This document shows positions 1 to 13,945 of a stretch of 64,000 nucleotides of DNA, piece after piece. A model generated the notes under the pieces. That model had not been told where the DNA came from. It saw nothing but the letters and a program-made list of their open reading frames with translations, and did not search any database. The position numbers and the translations under genes were made by a program. Within the stretch, counting starts at the first letter, position 1. Each line of letters begins with the position of its first letter. Source of the DNA: Tubulanus polymorphus (Eukaryota; Animalia; Nemertea); assembly GCF_964204645.1 (NCBI RefSeq), contig NC_134034.1, positions 6,856,914-6,920,913 on the forward strand, read 5' to 3'.

Positions 1-1094
1 TCGTTTATATTTGAATCTACCAAAGGCCCATCAGCATAAGAAAATTGGGTCGATCTGACTCAAGATGGCCGTCCTATGACCTTTTTAGTGCCCAAAAATG
101 TCAATTTTGGCCAGAATTCTAGGTCCTGTAGCGTCCTACTGGTTTGCCAATTCTCATTGCAATTGCTGATGGGTATTCTTTAGAGAGGGATGTTTTATAC
201 CTGGGACAGGTTTTTTGATCAGCCAATTATGACGCAATTGGCGGCCATCTTGGTGTCATCATTACACATTCGTAGGTGGGAAAAAGTTTTTCCACATTAA
301 ATTGATACCTAAGCATATTGTGTTACTATATTCAATTGGAAAGTTGTAGCCCATAACGTGCTCTATGATTTTGGTGAGTTTCAAGGTCATTGGTTTTTGT
401 ATGTGGCCATCAGGGGGCGTTGAATAATACAATAACTTAGTATCGCTATATTATATTTGTACCAAGGCATATTTTGTTACCATGATCAATTGCAAAGTTG
501 TAGTTCATGACATCTTCTATGATTGTGGTGAGTTTTTAAGGACATTAGTTATTCCATATAGATACCAGGGGGCGTTGAATAGTAGAAAAGCTTAGTTTTT
601 CCTTATTAGATTGGTACCTAGGCATAGTTTGTTACCATTATCCATTGCAAAGTTGTAGTTCATGACATCGTCTATGATTGTGGTGAGCTTTTAAGGACAT
701 TAGTTATTCCATATAGTCACAAGGGGGGGCTGAATAGTAGAATGGCTTAGTATTTCCTTATTAGATTGGTACCTAGGCATATTTTGTTACTATGATCAAT
801 TGCAAAGTTGTATTTCATTACATGTACTACGATTGTGGTGAGTTTTAAGGTCATTGGGTTTTGCATATGGTCACCAGGGGGCGTTGAATAGTAGAATAAC
901 TTAGTATTTCCATATTAAATTGGTAACGAGGCATATTTTGTTATCACAATCAATTACAAAATCAAAGCTGCTCACATGTTCTATGATTGTGGTGGTTTTC
1001 AAGGTCATTGGTTTTTGTATATGGTCACTAGAGGGCGTTATGTATTGAAATCGTTAGATTGTTGGATGGAGCATGGTGTCCCTGGACCCCTAGT
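1..1094 (+). mobile_element. Non-autonomous Helentron-like element (HINE family A), copy 1, 5' part outside the window
   Basis: Colinear with 16657-17901. Five ~155-bp internal tandem units (GGGGGCGTTGAATA-like motif at ~413, 568, 723, 877, 1031). 3' end GGTGTCCCTGGACCCC hairpin + CTAG followed by T-run. Confidence 0.8.
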
Positions 1095-1096
1095 TT

Positions 1097-1370
1097 GGTT
1101 TTGTCGCCCTCGACAATTCATTATTTTGGTTTTGTCGCACGCAACAATTCAATATATTGTTTTTGCCGTCCGCGACAATTCATTACTTTGGTTTTATCGC
1201 CCGCGACAATTCATTATTGTGGTTTTATCTCCCGCGAAAATTCATTATTTTGGTTTTATCGCCCGCGACAATTCATTATTTTTGTTTTGTCGCTCGTGAC
1301 AATTCAATATTTTGGTTTTGTCACCCGCGACAATTCATAATTTTGGTTTTGTCGCCCGTGGTTTTGTCGG
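1097..1370. repeat. 31-bp minisatellite, ~8-9 copies
   Basis: Unit GGTTTTGTCGCCCGCGACAATTCATTATTTT with palindromic core TTGTCGC-CC-GCGACAA. Explains the three overlapping repetitive ORFs at 976-1378. Confidence 0.95.
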
Positions 1371-2593
1371 AACATTAAGTTTTTTGGTCGAACAGTGTGT
1401 TAAGGTCGTTTTGGAAATTTACTCGGTCTGGTATATTTTGGATTACTGTGTATGTCATTTGTCAGGACATTAAACAGAACACGACTTAGGATACTACCTT
1501 GCGTTACTCCACTAGTTAGACCGTCTCATTCCAAGATGAGGCGTTCCGTTGATTTCGGTTACAAGTTTCCGTTCAGAGATAACTGCTGAGCCATTTGGGC
1601 GACCTATCATTGATACTGTTTCCTAATAGCCTGTTTAGAATGGCTGATGTTGAGCCTTATCAAATGCTTTGTTGAAATCCACCGTTGAACAGGATTCTAA
1701 GACTGTGCAGAAAACCCGTTATCGCTGCTTTGCAGCTATATTTATTTATTTTTTTTCCCTTTTCCACATAGTTTTTGTTAAAAGTGTAAAGGCTTCCTTA
1801 CCTTACCGCTGTCGCCGATACAATCCGTATGATATCCTTCAGCTCACTTCAATCTCCAGATACTGCATGGGAATTTTGATAAATCCACGTTATTGTAACC
1901 GGGTGAACTTGTAGGGGAAACCGTTCTCCAGAACCCCGAAATCGATCGGTTGCTGTCATTCGATAGAGGAAAAAAGGCCGGTCACATTATAAAGGCACTG
2001 TCGAGCCGTAAACATCGAAAATTTGGCCCCGTTCAATTAGTAGCCATGTTGTGTTTTCTTTCCGAAATTTCTCTCTTCTTTATGAGGAAGAGCTATCGAA
2101 TTATTCCCCTCTCTTCTCCACAATCAATTTCAAAGTCAATTTTATGAATTTATTGCTCAGCGGATCCGAGTCCAAGAGTTTACAAGTCTGGCGTTCGCGT
2201 GTCTGACAGGTTTACGGGCATTTGTTGGTTACCACTTTAATATTTTTGATTTCTTGTTATTCCGGTTATTTCATTTAAGTATATTGCTGATCAGTTCATG
2301 TAACCAAAAGCGTCAATAAACAGATTTTGAATTGATCAAGTTTAAATCAAGGTCGTTGAGTCGCGGAGGGCTGCTAGTATTACGTTCGTCTCAGAGAGAA
2401 AACAAACGACAGAAAAGTATCAGGTGATTATCGATAGCCTACTACGGTACACACAGTTGACAAAGTGTTAGGCCTGTGCCGGTTGGTGCTACTGGGAATA
2501 AATATACTGGTTGGTCAGTTGGTTCGGTTGTGAAGTGTGGAAGCTAAGAAAGCCTACCAGTACTGGTATTTATTTGTCTATAGGCCTATTATA

Positions 2594-3092
2594 TAGTAGC
2601 CAATACCAGTAAGTACGTAGTTGTTACTCGTACGTGACTGTATGATGATCTCCACAGGTTAACCGTGTATGTGAGTTCCCTACTAACGCCGTACGTGAGT
2701 TCCTAATATTTATTAGTAGCCAATACCATTTTCTAAGTACGAAGTTGTTACCTGTACGTGCCAGTGACTGTACGGTGATATCCACAGGTTAACAGTTCGT
2801 GAGTTCCCTAAAAACGCTGTACGTGAGTTCCTATAATCTGCAAACGCGCATGCGTGAAAGAATTGAGTTTGGGTTAGGTGAGGCTAGGCTATTTGTAAAT
2901 CAAATTTCATCCACCCTGCAGTTACGTTCTGTGGCACAGTGGGTAAATCACTGGACTACAAATTTTTTTTTCGTTTGGTTTCGAATCCCAATATTGCAAG
3001 TCTGAGCGTCAACATACTCACATACGGCTAACCTGTAGAAATCACCGTACAGTCACGTACAGGTAACAACAGCGTTTTAAGTACCGGGTATT
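2594..3092. mobile_element. Degenerate TIR element with duplicated left arm and central tRNA-like segment
   Basis: 2600-2680 and 2720-2800 are direct copies, both inverted relative to 3015-3092 (GTTGTTACCTGTACGTGACTGTACGG). A/B-box-like GTGGCACAGTGG...GGTTTCGAATCCC at 2931-2989. Confidence 0.65.
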
Positions 3093-3275
3093 AAGTGAGT
3101 ACGACAAGCCTACCATGCCTATGTACTACAAACACAACTTTTTCCCTCTCGTCGGCCCTACAGTGATGTTACTATAACTGGTGCAATTATAACGTGGATA
3201 GGATTTGGCCAGGACTAGCCTGAAGTCTAATTCAGTCTATGTACTAATTCACTCGATAGGCCTATTTTTAAAACA

Positions 3276-3438
3276 GGGATCATTCATTTATTATGTACGC
3301 ATAAAATTTGATTATTTCAACCCCCTCTCCCTCTGTACGCAAAATCTGCCATTTTTTCATGTACATTAAGCATTACAGTACGTAATTGCCCTGACCCCTC
3401 CCCCTCCCCTAATGCGTACGTAATAAATGAATGATCCC
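3276..3438. mobile_element. 163-bp MITE, PIF/Harbinger-like
   Basis: 26-bp TIR GGGATCATTCATTTATTA(T/C)GTACGCA, flanked by 3-bp direct repeat ACA/ACA. Confidence 0.85.
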
Positions 3439-5162
3439 ACAATACAGTGAAGTATTCACACGCAGAAAGGCTAATTGATTTGAGCCATGTGATTAAATTT
3501 GGCCAGGCCTTCTCTGACCTGCTGACATTAATAGTCAATGTGGTCACGGCTTGTATACCAGAAATCATTGTAGGCCTGTACATTTTGCTGTTCGTAGGTT
3601 TGGTATACCGATTTCTCCATTCTTGACTGATAAGTGTACGGTACAGCTGTACGCATTATACAATTGTTCCAATGGGAATAGGGCCTATTGATTGGGCTTA
3701 TTATTTCCTGCTTTAGAATACTGAAATAAGCCCAACGTTCATTCAAATATCCAACATCGGTGAAAGTTTGATTACTGTATACATGTACTGTAGGTTTTCA
3801 TGTTGTATGAATATTTTGCAGTTCAAATGGGTATGATGCTGATTCCAATGTCGAATGCATGCAGTTAGATGGTTAAGGACAGTCAACACCAAGATATCTC
3901 TCTTCGACCGATGTTGCACCATAGAAGATCTGATTCTTTCAACTCAAGGAAAGTGATTCAACACGATCGACATAACACTGGAATAGGTTTGCAGTAACTA
4001 ACGGTTCATTTCATTTAGTCCTATGTACTTTTTAGCCAATTTGGATTTGATTGTAATTGAAACTCTGGAACGAAAGACGAAAAAACACAAGTTATGCATA
4101 TCTATGGAATCAACGAAATGTAATTAAGAAGAATACTATGTTTAAGATGTCATCAAAGGCATTTGAAAAAAGTTTTCTGATTTCGTCAACTGTGAAACTA
4201 GTGTCAACCAGATGTGTTCCCATTAAACGAACCGACTGCGAGCCGAGTCGATGTGAGATGTGACCTACACTGAAAATCTCAAGCGCTACCACTTGTTTTT
4301 AGGTGCTTCTGAATGTCGGCTGTTAAAAAACTAAACAATTGCCATTTGGAAAGGGCCTAGTTAGAGAAAATGCTAGATGTGTATATTGTGTGATATTTCA
4401 TGTGCGTTTGGAATTTAACCTTGTTTATAACGGAACACACATGTTCTTTTCTATTTTAGAAGAGCGCATGATAGTGCAATAAAGAACTGACAATGAAAAA
4501 GGGGTAACAGGTGACTGATATCACACCGAATTTCAATTCCTATGAACACTTTTCATATAGTGAATTCTGTACAAGAGTTAAAAAAAACTTGAAATATTAA
4601 CGAAACAGTTTTTTGACGGACAAATCGTTACCATCGAATTTTCAAAACTTTTTTAATGCCTTGGTGACCACTGGTCTAGTACGCGGTTTTCTGAAACAAA
4701 AGTGGCCAAGTTTAAAGAACGACAAATGATTACAAATATTAGGAGCCTAATGCGTTTAATGATTTAATTAATTGGCATCGCGCTGATTGGTTGAAAGACG
4801 GTTGTTAGTCATCTTGCCTGTGATTTAATTGTTTTTTTAAGCATCGATTAACCATAGATTTAATCTTATCATAACTTATTTGCAGGTGCTTCTCGCAAAC
4901 ATTTTCTATTCGTTTTCAAACGCAGTACTGTTCAGATGATTCGCGTCAAGCTTTGAGTCAAGTAGTAAAAAAGTTTATGTATTAGCATTACTATGCAGTC
5001 AAAATTACGCGCTGCGGCAAGTGAGGTGCTGTGATCCAGATGTGTAACCTATTTAGCGGTAATATATTTCCATCATGTCAACGCCATTCAGAAACAGTAG
5101 CAAAACATACTGCTGGTCTCTAGAAATAACAATACGACGACAACCACTTTCGAATTCGACGA

Positions 5163-5470
5163 TATTCGAGAAGTTTCACTTGGGCAGTGGTGGTCAGTGA
5201 TGGTCAATTTATGAATTCTAATGGGGAATGCTTTCTAGTTTCACACCAAATGCGGTACCGGTATATCTTTCTTACATTCGAGAAGTTTCAATTGGTCAGT
5301 GGTGGTCAGTGATGGTCAATACATGAATTTTCAATGGCGAATACTTTCTAGTTTGACACCATAACGCGGTATATCGTTCTCATATTCGAGAAGTTTGAAT
5401 TGGTCAGTGGTGGTCTGTGATGGTCAATTTATGAATTTGCAATGATGATACCTCGGTAGTTTGAAAACAA
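5163..5470. repeat. ~110-bp tandem repeat, 3 copies
   Basis: ATTCGAGAAGTTT...CAGTGGTGGTCAGTGATGGTCAAT recurs at 5164, 5276 and 5384. Confidence 0.9.
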
Positions 5471-6401
5471 ACATGACTTGATAAATTTCCGAAATTCGCA
5501 GTCAGGTGTTCAGATTTGGGAATATCTCAATTGGTCAGTTTCTGACCATCATTGTGTCACCATGTGGTCTATAGCTCAAATGAAACACGTGGGACCGACG
5601 AAAGGGCCCAAAAGCGTAAGTCATTTCCTGAGTGATGTGATCCAAAAATGCCCTAACTGGAAAAGGCAGTCTTTCAATTGGACGAAACCAAATCGGACAG
5701 AACAATTAAAATTTGGGAAGGCCACAGGCAGTGGTCTTTCTACGAAGCCCACGCGGTAGGCCTATACTTTGAGCGTATTATTATGAAATCTTTTTTTAAA
5801 CCACTATGTACCACATTAAGTAATAAGCATCGTTGTAAGCACTTGAAACACCCATTAACCACTTGAAACTGTCAGATCAAACATCATACCGCATCCCCGC
5901 AAAGAGGGGTAGTTCAGCAAACCGGGGCTTTCATTTGCTTATCTAGACTACCCCGCAAGTACGGGTAGCCGAGCAAACCGGAAAACTCCTAATGCAAAAC
6001 TATCAGGTAAAGCTTCTGCGGGCACCTGTGCTGCGTGTAGCTTCGAAAATATCGATATACAATTCAAGATGTCTCCGTTACAGCGCCGTCAAAATCTACC
6101 CTGCTCGAAGGAACGGTCGTCAATCGACAACAACAACGAACTTGAGTCGAGATGGAAAAACCAATCTCCACTGACTGACGTACTGAACTGAACCAGCCAT
6201 GCAGCAGAGGCCACGACACCGGCAATTTGTCTGTTCGCTGATGATTGATGGATTATTCTGAATGTGACACTAGCAGTCAATTTCAGTGTGGTGAAAATAT
6301 TATACGACAGGTAACTTCACATCAATGACAATGTCTTTTAAAACTTGTGAACAGTAAATGAATACTTATTTACAAATATTCTGTTGATCGTCTATTTGTA
6401 G

Positions 6402-7188
6402 GTCATTGTGTGTGTTCTGATCAAGATTTTCTGAGATGCAACTCAGAATTTCTTAAGAATTAGAAGTTATACGTATTAAATTGAATGAGCTCAACATGCA
6501 CAGAATGAATTGTCGTTGTATCATGGTAAGTTTGAAAAACGGATGAGACATGAAGTGAAAAGTCATTCAGGTTTAATTGTTGGTGATATGCATATTGATT
6601 CAATTTCAGAAAGTAACGTCAATCACAAATCAAAGAGATTAACGAATCCAGCACTAATCGTCATGAAATTAGATTCCAACTAACGGTGAAACTCCTTGAT
6701 TCTGATACAGTGATGAGGTTTAAAGAGCTGGAATTTATGAATAACTACACAAGCGAGCATGGATTTAGGCCTACTGTCTGGTCAAGACTTGGTCTTTGTG
6801 ATTCGAGTTAAGTTAGAGATATCAGTGTCATTCCGTTGTCACACAATTTGCAATGTCACAAAATACGTATCGTCTTGTCAGGCTGTCTGTATGCCTATAT
6901 TGAATAAGATTTTGTACTAGAAGCGGACAATAAATATAGAATGGCAGTAAAAAAGAGTTTTTCTTGATGGATTTTATACTCAATTTCTAGCAAAATTCAT
7001 GTTGGTCCATGAGTAGAGGAAAATATTGCGAATATCCAGTTGATCTGAATTATTGGTCTTACCCAAGTCTGTCCCAACTCACTGTCTGTATCGAGAATAT
7101 AAGTGGAGATGCTGCGGTGGATCCAAATATCTGATCTCACAAAACACTGACATGGAGTTCAACTATTGTAAACTTTATTCAGACTTAA
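6402..7188 (+). pseudogene. Exon-like remnants of an unidentified decayed gene
   Basis: AG acceptor at 6401, GTAAGT donor at 6526, TTTCAG acceptor at ~6609. A coding-like frame follows (SNVNHKSKEINESSTNRHEIRFQLTVKLLD...) broken by stops. Similar islands at 3820-3990 and 4887-5020. Confidence 0.3.
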
Positions 7189-7737
7189 GTGATTTTCACA
7201 TCATAAACACAACAATTCACTGAATACATTTCACATACGGTTGATTAAGAAAGCATGTACCCCTTCGGCCAAGTTCCTTCAGAATGGCTATCACAGCTGA
7301 GCCCCTTTTCTTACCTACAAAATGAATAAGTATTAATTCAGTTGTCTGTTTGAATTCCGAGTAATATTAGCGGATTATTTCGATACTTACGGCAATCAAT
7401 GCCTTTTCTTCGGTCCTAAAATTTCCTTTTATTTGCTGTTTACATTTATGATTCATAGATAATCAGCTGATTAACTGTAATCAATCATTCCAGTGCGATT
7501 TTGATATTACTCCTAGTTTCGCTTATTCGATGAGACGCCATTTTAACCTGGAAGTAACTCGATATTGACATATTTGACATGCATTGAAAATGTAAAATGG
7601 AGGATGGGATCAACCGGTCTCTAACTGAAGGTAGAGACCGGCAACCAGTCTACACTATAAGTAGACCGCGTAACACTACTGATATATGACGTCACGCGCA
7701 ACAGCGCCAGTAATGAAATCACGCTTCGTGAGGCCAG

Positions 7738-10039
7738 GCATCCTCGCTTGCCAGGGGTCCATTATCACTCCCGAACTCGCTTCCACCAGCCCCCTGGCCT
7801 CACGAAGCGTGATCCCATTACTGGCGCTGTTGCGCATGACGTCATATATCGATTTGCGAAATACTTCCTTGTTCGGTAAAACGTTCGCTGATTGGTCCAT
7901 TTAACGGGAAAACCAACATAAGTCTACTGACGGTTTCAGTTACAAGCGCTGTGATTGGTACGACCGGATTCTGGTCGGCTAGTAACGACTCCAACGACTC
8001 GTGAGGTCAAGGGGTTCGGAGAACAGCTTTAGCGTAGTGGGTTCGAATCCCTTGACGGGTGAAGATGGAGGCCAGGGGGCTGGTGGAAGCGAGTTATCTA
8101 GGGCAATCTTAAGACCTGCTGCATATGGCGTCACAAGCCCCGGGGCTTGTCACGACATATTGGGGCCTGACACGCCATGTGGTAAACGTAAAATGAAAAT
8201 CAAATCCTATGCAGGAGATGAAACGTCGACTAAGTCTCGCGGGTTTTTCTTCCGAAGTTGAAATATTCGGTTGGATATTAATTTGTCTTAGATGATTTAC
8301 AACGTATTATATATACATAATAAGAACTACATATTATATCGCATTTAGACTAAAATGAGTTTTACAGAATAGAAATTGATCGTTGTTTGTTAATCTAATG
8401 CAGTGTACACACATTTTGAAACACAATTTAAACAATCATATATTTCGCCAGCATATGAAAAATACAAAAACATTACATATATATCTACTGAATGAGTTTT
8501 ACAGAATACAGATTTTAATTAACTATCTTACATTTCAATGAATCATTCATCTATTTCACATGATTTGTTGATCAATTAGTCTTAGAAGAACATGGATAAT
8601 GTTAGAAAAACATATATGGTGAGCCAGGCTCCAATCTAGTGTGATCTGCAGTCATATGGCTCCTAAAATCGCTAAGCCTTCTACATGGCGTGTCAGGCCC
8701 CAAATGGTCTGCAGAATAGCTTCAATTGAAACATGGCGTGAGAGGATCCGATCAGTTTTCCTATAATTGTCACTAATTATCATAAATATTCAAAGATTTA
8801 TCATTCTACATGGTTTGTCAATCATTTAGACTTAGAAAAAAGGCAAATATTGTTTCAAAAAGCTCCTAAAATCACGCTGTCTTCTACATGGCGTGTCAAG
8901 CCCCAAACGGTCTGCAGAATAACTTCAATTGAGACATGGCGTGAGAGGACCCGATCGATTTTCCGTACAAACAAATGAATAATTATCACTAATTGTCTTA
9001 AATGTTCAAAGATTAATCCTTCTATATGATTTGTCAATTATTTAGTCTTAGAAAAAAAGCAAATACAAAAAGCTCCTAAAACCACGCTGTCTTCTACATG
9101 GCGTGTCAGGCCCCAAAGTGTTCTGCCGCCAATATGGCGTGAGAGTACGCGATCAGTTTTCTATGGAAGCAATTAATTGTCACTAATCATATCTTTAGTT
9201 TCAATTAGTTATATATTGTTCATAATCATAAAGTCTAAGAAAAAAAAAACAAATACTGCTAGAAAAATCGCGATATGTCTTCTATATGGCGTGTCAGGCC
9301 CCAAACGGTCTACAGAATATAGCTTCAATTTACATGGCGTGAGAGGACCCGATCAGTTTTCCGTAGAAATAAATGAAAAATTGTGACTGATTATCTTAAA
9401 TTAGTACAATAATCATTAAGTCTTAGAAATAGGTTTAAAAAAATATACAAAATCGCTTATGTAAATGTAGCTGATGATCTCCTGATCGTCTCGCACCATA
9501 ACGGAAACCTGTAAAAAACATATTCGAAGAATTTTACATAAAAATCTTTCGATATATATATGCATCTGAATATAGTTATGAAGTAAAAACGGGATATAAT
9601 TTTCTTTCAAAGTGGTTGCACTGAACGGAATACTACAATATAACGTATAAGTACATATTATATTTAGACAATATTTAGTAAGTATATATTTAGACATTAA
9701 GTTAAGAAAAAATTGAAATTCATTACACATTGACATACTGGTACTTGAAATTATCTCATTCAGGTTTTACACGTCGTATCGGACTTAAAAACGTGGTCCG
9801 TTCGACGCGAACATATATCTTCGTTCCGCGTGAATTATATATAGTCTGCATTTTACTCGGGGCTTGTGACGCATGTCAGATATGGCGTGACAAGCCCCGG
9901 GGCTTGTGACGCCATGTTCTGCTGATTCTTAAGATTGACTTCACTCAGTTCGGGACATGTCTCAAGGTCGTTGATCTAGGAATAGGACCGGTACCCTGGT
10001 ACCATGGAGTGATACCGGACCCCTGGCAAGCGAGGATGC
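7738..10039. mobile_element. GC-rich element with ~64-bp terminal inverted repeats; right TIR split by two insertions; superfamily unassigned
   Basis: 7738-7801 is the near reverse complement of 8068-8095 + 9947-9955 + 10006-10039. Confidence 0.6.
8096..9946. mobile_element. Non-autonomous TIR transposon, possibly Sola-type
   Basis: ~60-bp TIRs (CAATCTTAAG...TGGCGTCACAAGCCCCGGGGCTTGTCAC). AGTT duplicated at 8092-8095 and 9947-9950. Right terminus ...CACTC. Internal ~200-bp repeats containing ACATGGCGTGTCAGGCCCC. Confidence 0.75.
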
Positions 10040-11637
10040 GGAAGATGGCGGACGGGCAAAACCTGTCCCATATTGAATAGGACAGGCAACCAGTCTAACT
10101 AGTCTATACAATCCGTTATGCAGACTGTTTTTGTAACATGTCTCAAGGTCGTTGATCTAGGAATAGGACCGGTACCCTGGTACCATGGAAATATGAAGGC
10201 ATCAGACCACTACTAGGTTATAGTAAGTAGCTCGAAGATGCGTAGGGCCGGATCCCAAAAATAGTGTACTACTAACTAGTTCTAAGTAAAGAAGAGGTCC
10301 CCGGCCCCATTTAAGGCAGCCCCACGCATCATAATTTCTGCAATATGGGATCACGAGGCGACTTAGCTTAGTTAGTATTAGTAACCAAATCGTTGGTGGT
10401 AAGCTTTTTATAATCGGATGGGCTTATACCAACGTTAGGGATGACAAGGACCAAAACACGGTTGAAAAAAGTAACACTTCAAAAATATACTTTCTATTCA
10501 CTTCAGTCCACAATAATGGCTTAATTCACAAACTAACACAGGTACCTTTCGAAATAATCCAATTTTATGTATGTTTCGAGTGATTAATCAACATTAGGCT
10601 ATTTTGAGAAATTAATTAATTTCTCCACAAATTTCGCCATTGGCCGCCATTTCTCTGTATTGCACATGTGGCATGATAAGACAAGGGGACCTACGAGGAT
10701 TTATATATATTTATATATAGGCCTAAAACTTCCAAGACGAAACGACGATTTTTATTTTTGATGGTTTTCCAACTTATATTTCAAATCTTCGTGTTTTCCA
10801 TAATAAATAATGAAATATTAAATTCTGGTAAAAGAAAAATGTGAATAAGTGTTGATTTCTTAATTTTTTTTTCAATTTCGTCGTTTCGCTTCGTTAGTTT
10901 GTGCTGTTGTCCTGGCCTCAACCCACAGGTGCCAGCACCTCCAGTAATTTTCAAAATGGCAGCTGTTGACCCGACGGAAATTTACTCTCACTTTACGGCC
11001 GATTTGCACATGGATTAAGATCGTCAGGTAAAGTGTTATAGGTATCAGACAAACTACGAATCTGTTGTGCGTCGATTACAACAAAAATTAGACGGATATC
11101 TTAAGAGACAATGAAATGCCAGGCAAATTACTGGTCAGTCAAATTGGCTGACGAAGATTTCATTGAAAAATGACCTTCCCATTCCTGACTGTGGTTTGTG
11201 AAAATATCCGATCGTGAAACTAAACCACAGACAGGTTACTGACTAGAGGCGACTAGTCAAAAGTTTTGAGCTACTACGATTTTGGTCAATTTTACCTTAA
11301 GAATTTGAAACAAGAATAATATCTGCATTGGCATCAATGTCAGTCCAAGTTCAAGTCCGAATCTGTAATTTATACTCCCATCATGCACCACGAAAAGCCG
11401 CCATATTTGTTATGTTGCTTCACTTCAACTGGTTTTTCAGGCAACTAGTTAAAAGTTTTGAGCTTCTACGATCATCAAAAGTAGCTTTTAAAGCTACTTA
11501 GAATTACAAATTTATGCACAAACAATAGTTAACTTCCATCTGATTACAGAACAGTCAGTTTGAAAAAAGAATCGCAGATTTGGGTCAATTTTTAGGCATG
11601 AATCGTAAGATATTTTCTCGTAGGTGGCTAAGTCCAG

Positions 11638-12810
11638 GGCTGCGTTTTCCAAAGCGGTGTTAAGTTATTCCTGTGATAAGGCTATCCCGGTGATTGTTAG
11701 GCCAAATAAAAAAAATTAGTTGTTTATCGTCCCCGCCCGACCCTACGAAAAATACCTGACCCAATTTTTTTTATTGTGTTCTATTTTGGTTCCAATCGAA
11801 AATACTTGCCATAGCTACCGTTTCATGTCGATTGTAGGACAGTATAGCAGCAAACAAAACGATTTATCGATCGACGAAGTACGTTCACTGAATAACAAAT
11901 TGAAGTCAATATTCGGTTCGCACACAGCGTGGATTCCCGGTTGTGGAGCATATTTAGATCGATTTTAAAATCTAAGTTAATAACGTTCTATGAATTGAAT
12001 TGTATTTGTATTGCTTGTGGCGCCACACTTCAGGTTGATGGAAAACATGCTTTATTTTATCAATCGTATATCATTTACAACACTCGATCTAAAATAAAAA
12101 ATAAAAAAAAACCTCCCTGCCGACCCAAGCTTTTTGAAAATAAGGACGATAAACAACTAATTTTTTTTATTTGTCCTTATCACAGGGGTAAATTCTCGTT
12201 TTTTCAAAAGAGCTTTATTCCAGTGATAACTATCGCCGGGATAAGAGCATTTATCCCGGTGATAACAAAAAGAAAATGGCTGACATTTCGATCTAATTTC
12301 TCACTTCAAGAACGAACTTATTATAGGATTTCTTGACATAGGCCTAATTGATTCCAATGCAAACATAAATGATTGAAAAATATATTCCCGGTTCACATCA
12401 CAGGATATAGATGCAGATAGGTGTGTTGCTACGGTGGTAATTTTATATTTCAATTCATTTTAACACAGGGGCCGAAATGTTTGTCACGGAACTCCTCAAT
12501 TACGGCATTTTACATCTTAGCAATCGTGCTAAATGTATATTTTGTCTTAAGATTGGTTTTGTGTCCATAATAGCGTATAACTTTCATTCACTAGGCTCGT
12601 TGATTAAAAGAGCTGATTTATCCTGGTGATAGTGTTGCTATCACCATGTTGGAGGTGTGTGAACTTTATCACTGGGATAGCTGATTTTATCCCGGTGATA
12701 AAGTTAACACAGGTTTGAAAAACACACTATCCCAGTGATAAAATTATTTAACACCAGGATAGCGATTTATCACCGGGATAGGGCTTATCACCGCTTTGAA
12801 AAACGCAGCC
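11638..12810. mobile_element. Non-autonomous PIF/Harbinger-like TIR element
   Basis: TIR GGCTGCGTTTTCCAAAGCGGTG / CACCGCTTTGAAAAACGCAGCC, with many subterminal TATCCCGGTGATA motifs. Confidence 0.8.
11700..12176. mobile_element. Nested Harbinger-type MITE
   Basis: TIR GGCCAAATAAAAAAAATTAGTTGTTTATCGTCC; TTA target duplication at 11697-11699 and 12177-12179. Confidence 0.88.
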
Positions 12811-13489
12811 GTGCAATGTGGTTATAGCAACACTATCACCAGGATAAATCATCAAAATATCATCAGAAAATGTATCCATTGTGACTTGTACATGTCGTTT
12901 TCTACCGAGACAAAGGCCCTAGGAACAAAATATTTTTTCATAGTTATGGTTGCATGGTGTCTGATCATGGCAATAATATATCTAATTTAGTTACATTATT
13001 GAAGAGAGGGCACTCAATATAGACTAGCGAAAATCCCTTGGAATTGACTGGTGCACGCGTGTCTGGGGACACTATTCTAGGCAATTAAACAAAATCACTA
13101 GTAAAATTGCCTAGTGTGTCAGGGTCAAGATGATAAGACCCGTTCGTTACGGCTGAGTCTAAATTTGGCCCGGTCCCACTTGGACCAGTTCAAGCGTTCA
13201 CACGCGCAAAAAATCTTTCTTCTTAATTTTAGAACGGACTAAATGTGTGTGTGCGGGTGGCGTGCATGCATGCGTGCGTGGATTTGTATGACTGTAATTG
13301 TTTATTTTTTTTATATCCTGTGCTCGAAAAAAATTGTATAATTTCTGGAGCAATAAATTAAATCTGAATCTGAATCTGGATAGAAACTGGTACAAGGTTG
13401 TTCTAGATCACATGTAGGCCTACTCTGCAGTGTAAAATCAATTGTATTTAACTCGTCACCAATTCGTCATCACACTGATTAATACAGTT

Positions 13490-13945
13490 TTTATATGGAA
13501 ATGGAATTTTGAATTTCGCGTTCGTTTTAGAGAAATCGATGAATTTGTGGCGATTTTTAAAAAAATTCCAAGGATCATTTTGTTTCATAAAACGTCCAGA
13601 AGGCCATTGTACATTGTTAAATTGATGTAAAATAAATGCTCCCTGCAGTTAGCTGATCTCCTGCAGTCAATCAATGTAAGGCCATATTCGATAATACGAC
13701 GCAGACAAACCGGTCTATTAATCTGCTCGAATATTGGTGTGCCATTTCTTAGGATTTACTTTCTCATTTCGCAGTCATTGGACAGTCTTATTATATGTTT
13801 ATTTTAAATTTGATAGTCGTCATATTGTTTCTGTCTTCCTATTGTATTATGAAAAAACCGGTGATTCAATCGATCCGCTACATCGTCGTGGCACGCACAA
13901 TCGAATTGGCCCAGACCTGGTGCCGCGTTGAATGACATTAGACTG
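13490..13945 (+). repeat. Interspersed repeat, second copy at ~39090-39550 + 40347-40370
   Basis: Shared TGGAAATGGAATTTTGAAT...GAATTTGTGGCGATTTTTAA...GCAGACAAACCGGTC. This copy lacks the MITE present in the 39-kb copy. Confidence 0.85.

Noticed and set aside
1097-1370. CRISPR-like palindromic 31-bp repeats
   Set aside because: No unique spacers, no cas genes, eukaryotic context; it is a minisatellite.
976-1378. Three overlapping ORFs
   Set aside because: Translations of the minisatellite.
7676-7904. Overlapping antisense ORF pair
   Set aside because: By-product of the GC-rich inverted repeat; no domain.
8006-8056. Functional tRNA gene
   Set aside because: Has a T-arm-like motif but is too short and lacks proper D and anticodon arms.
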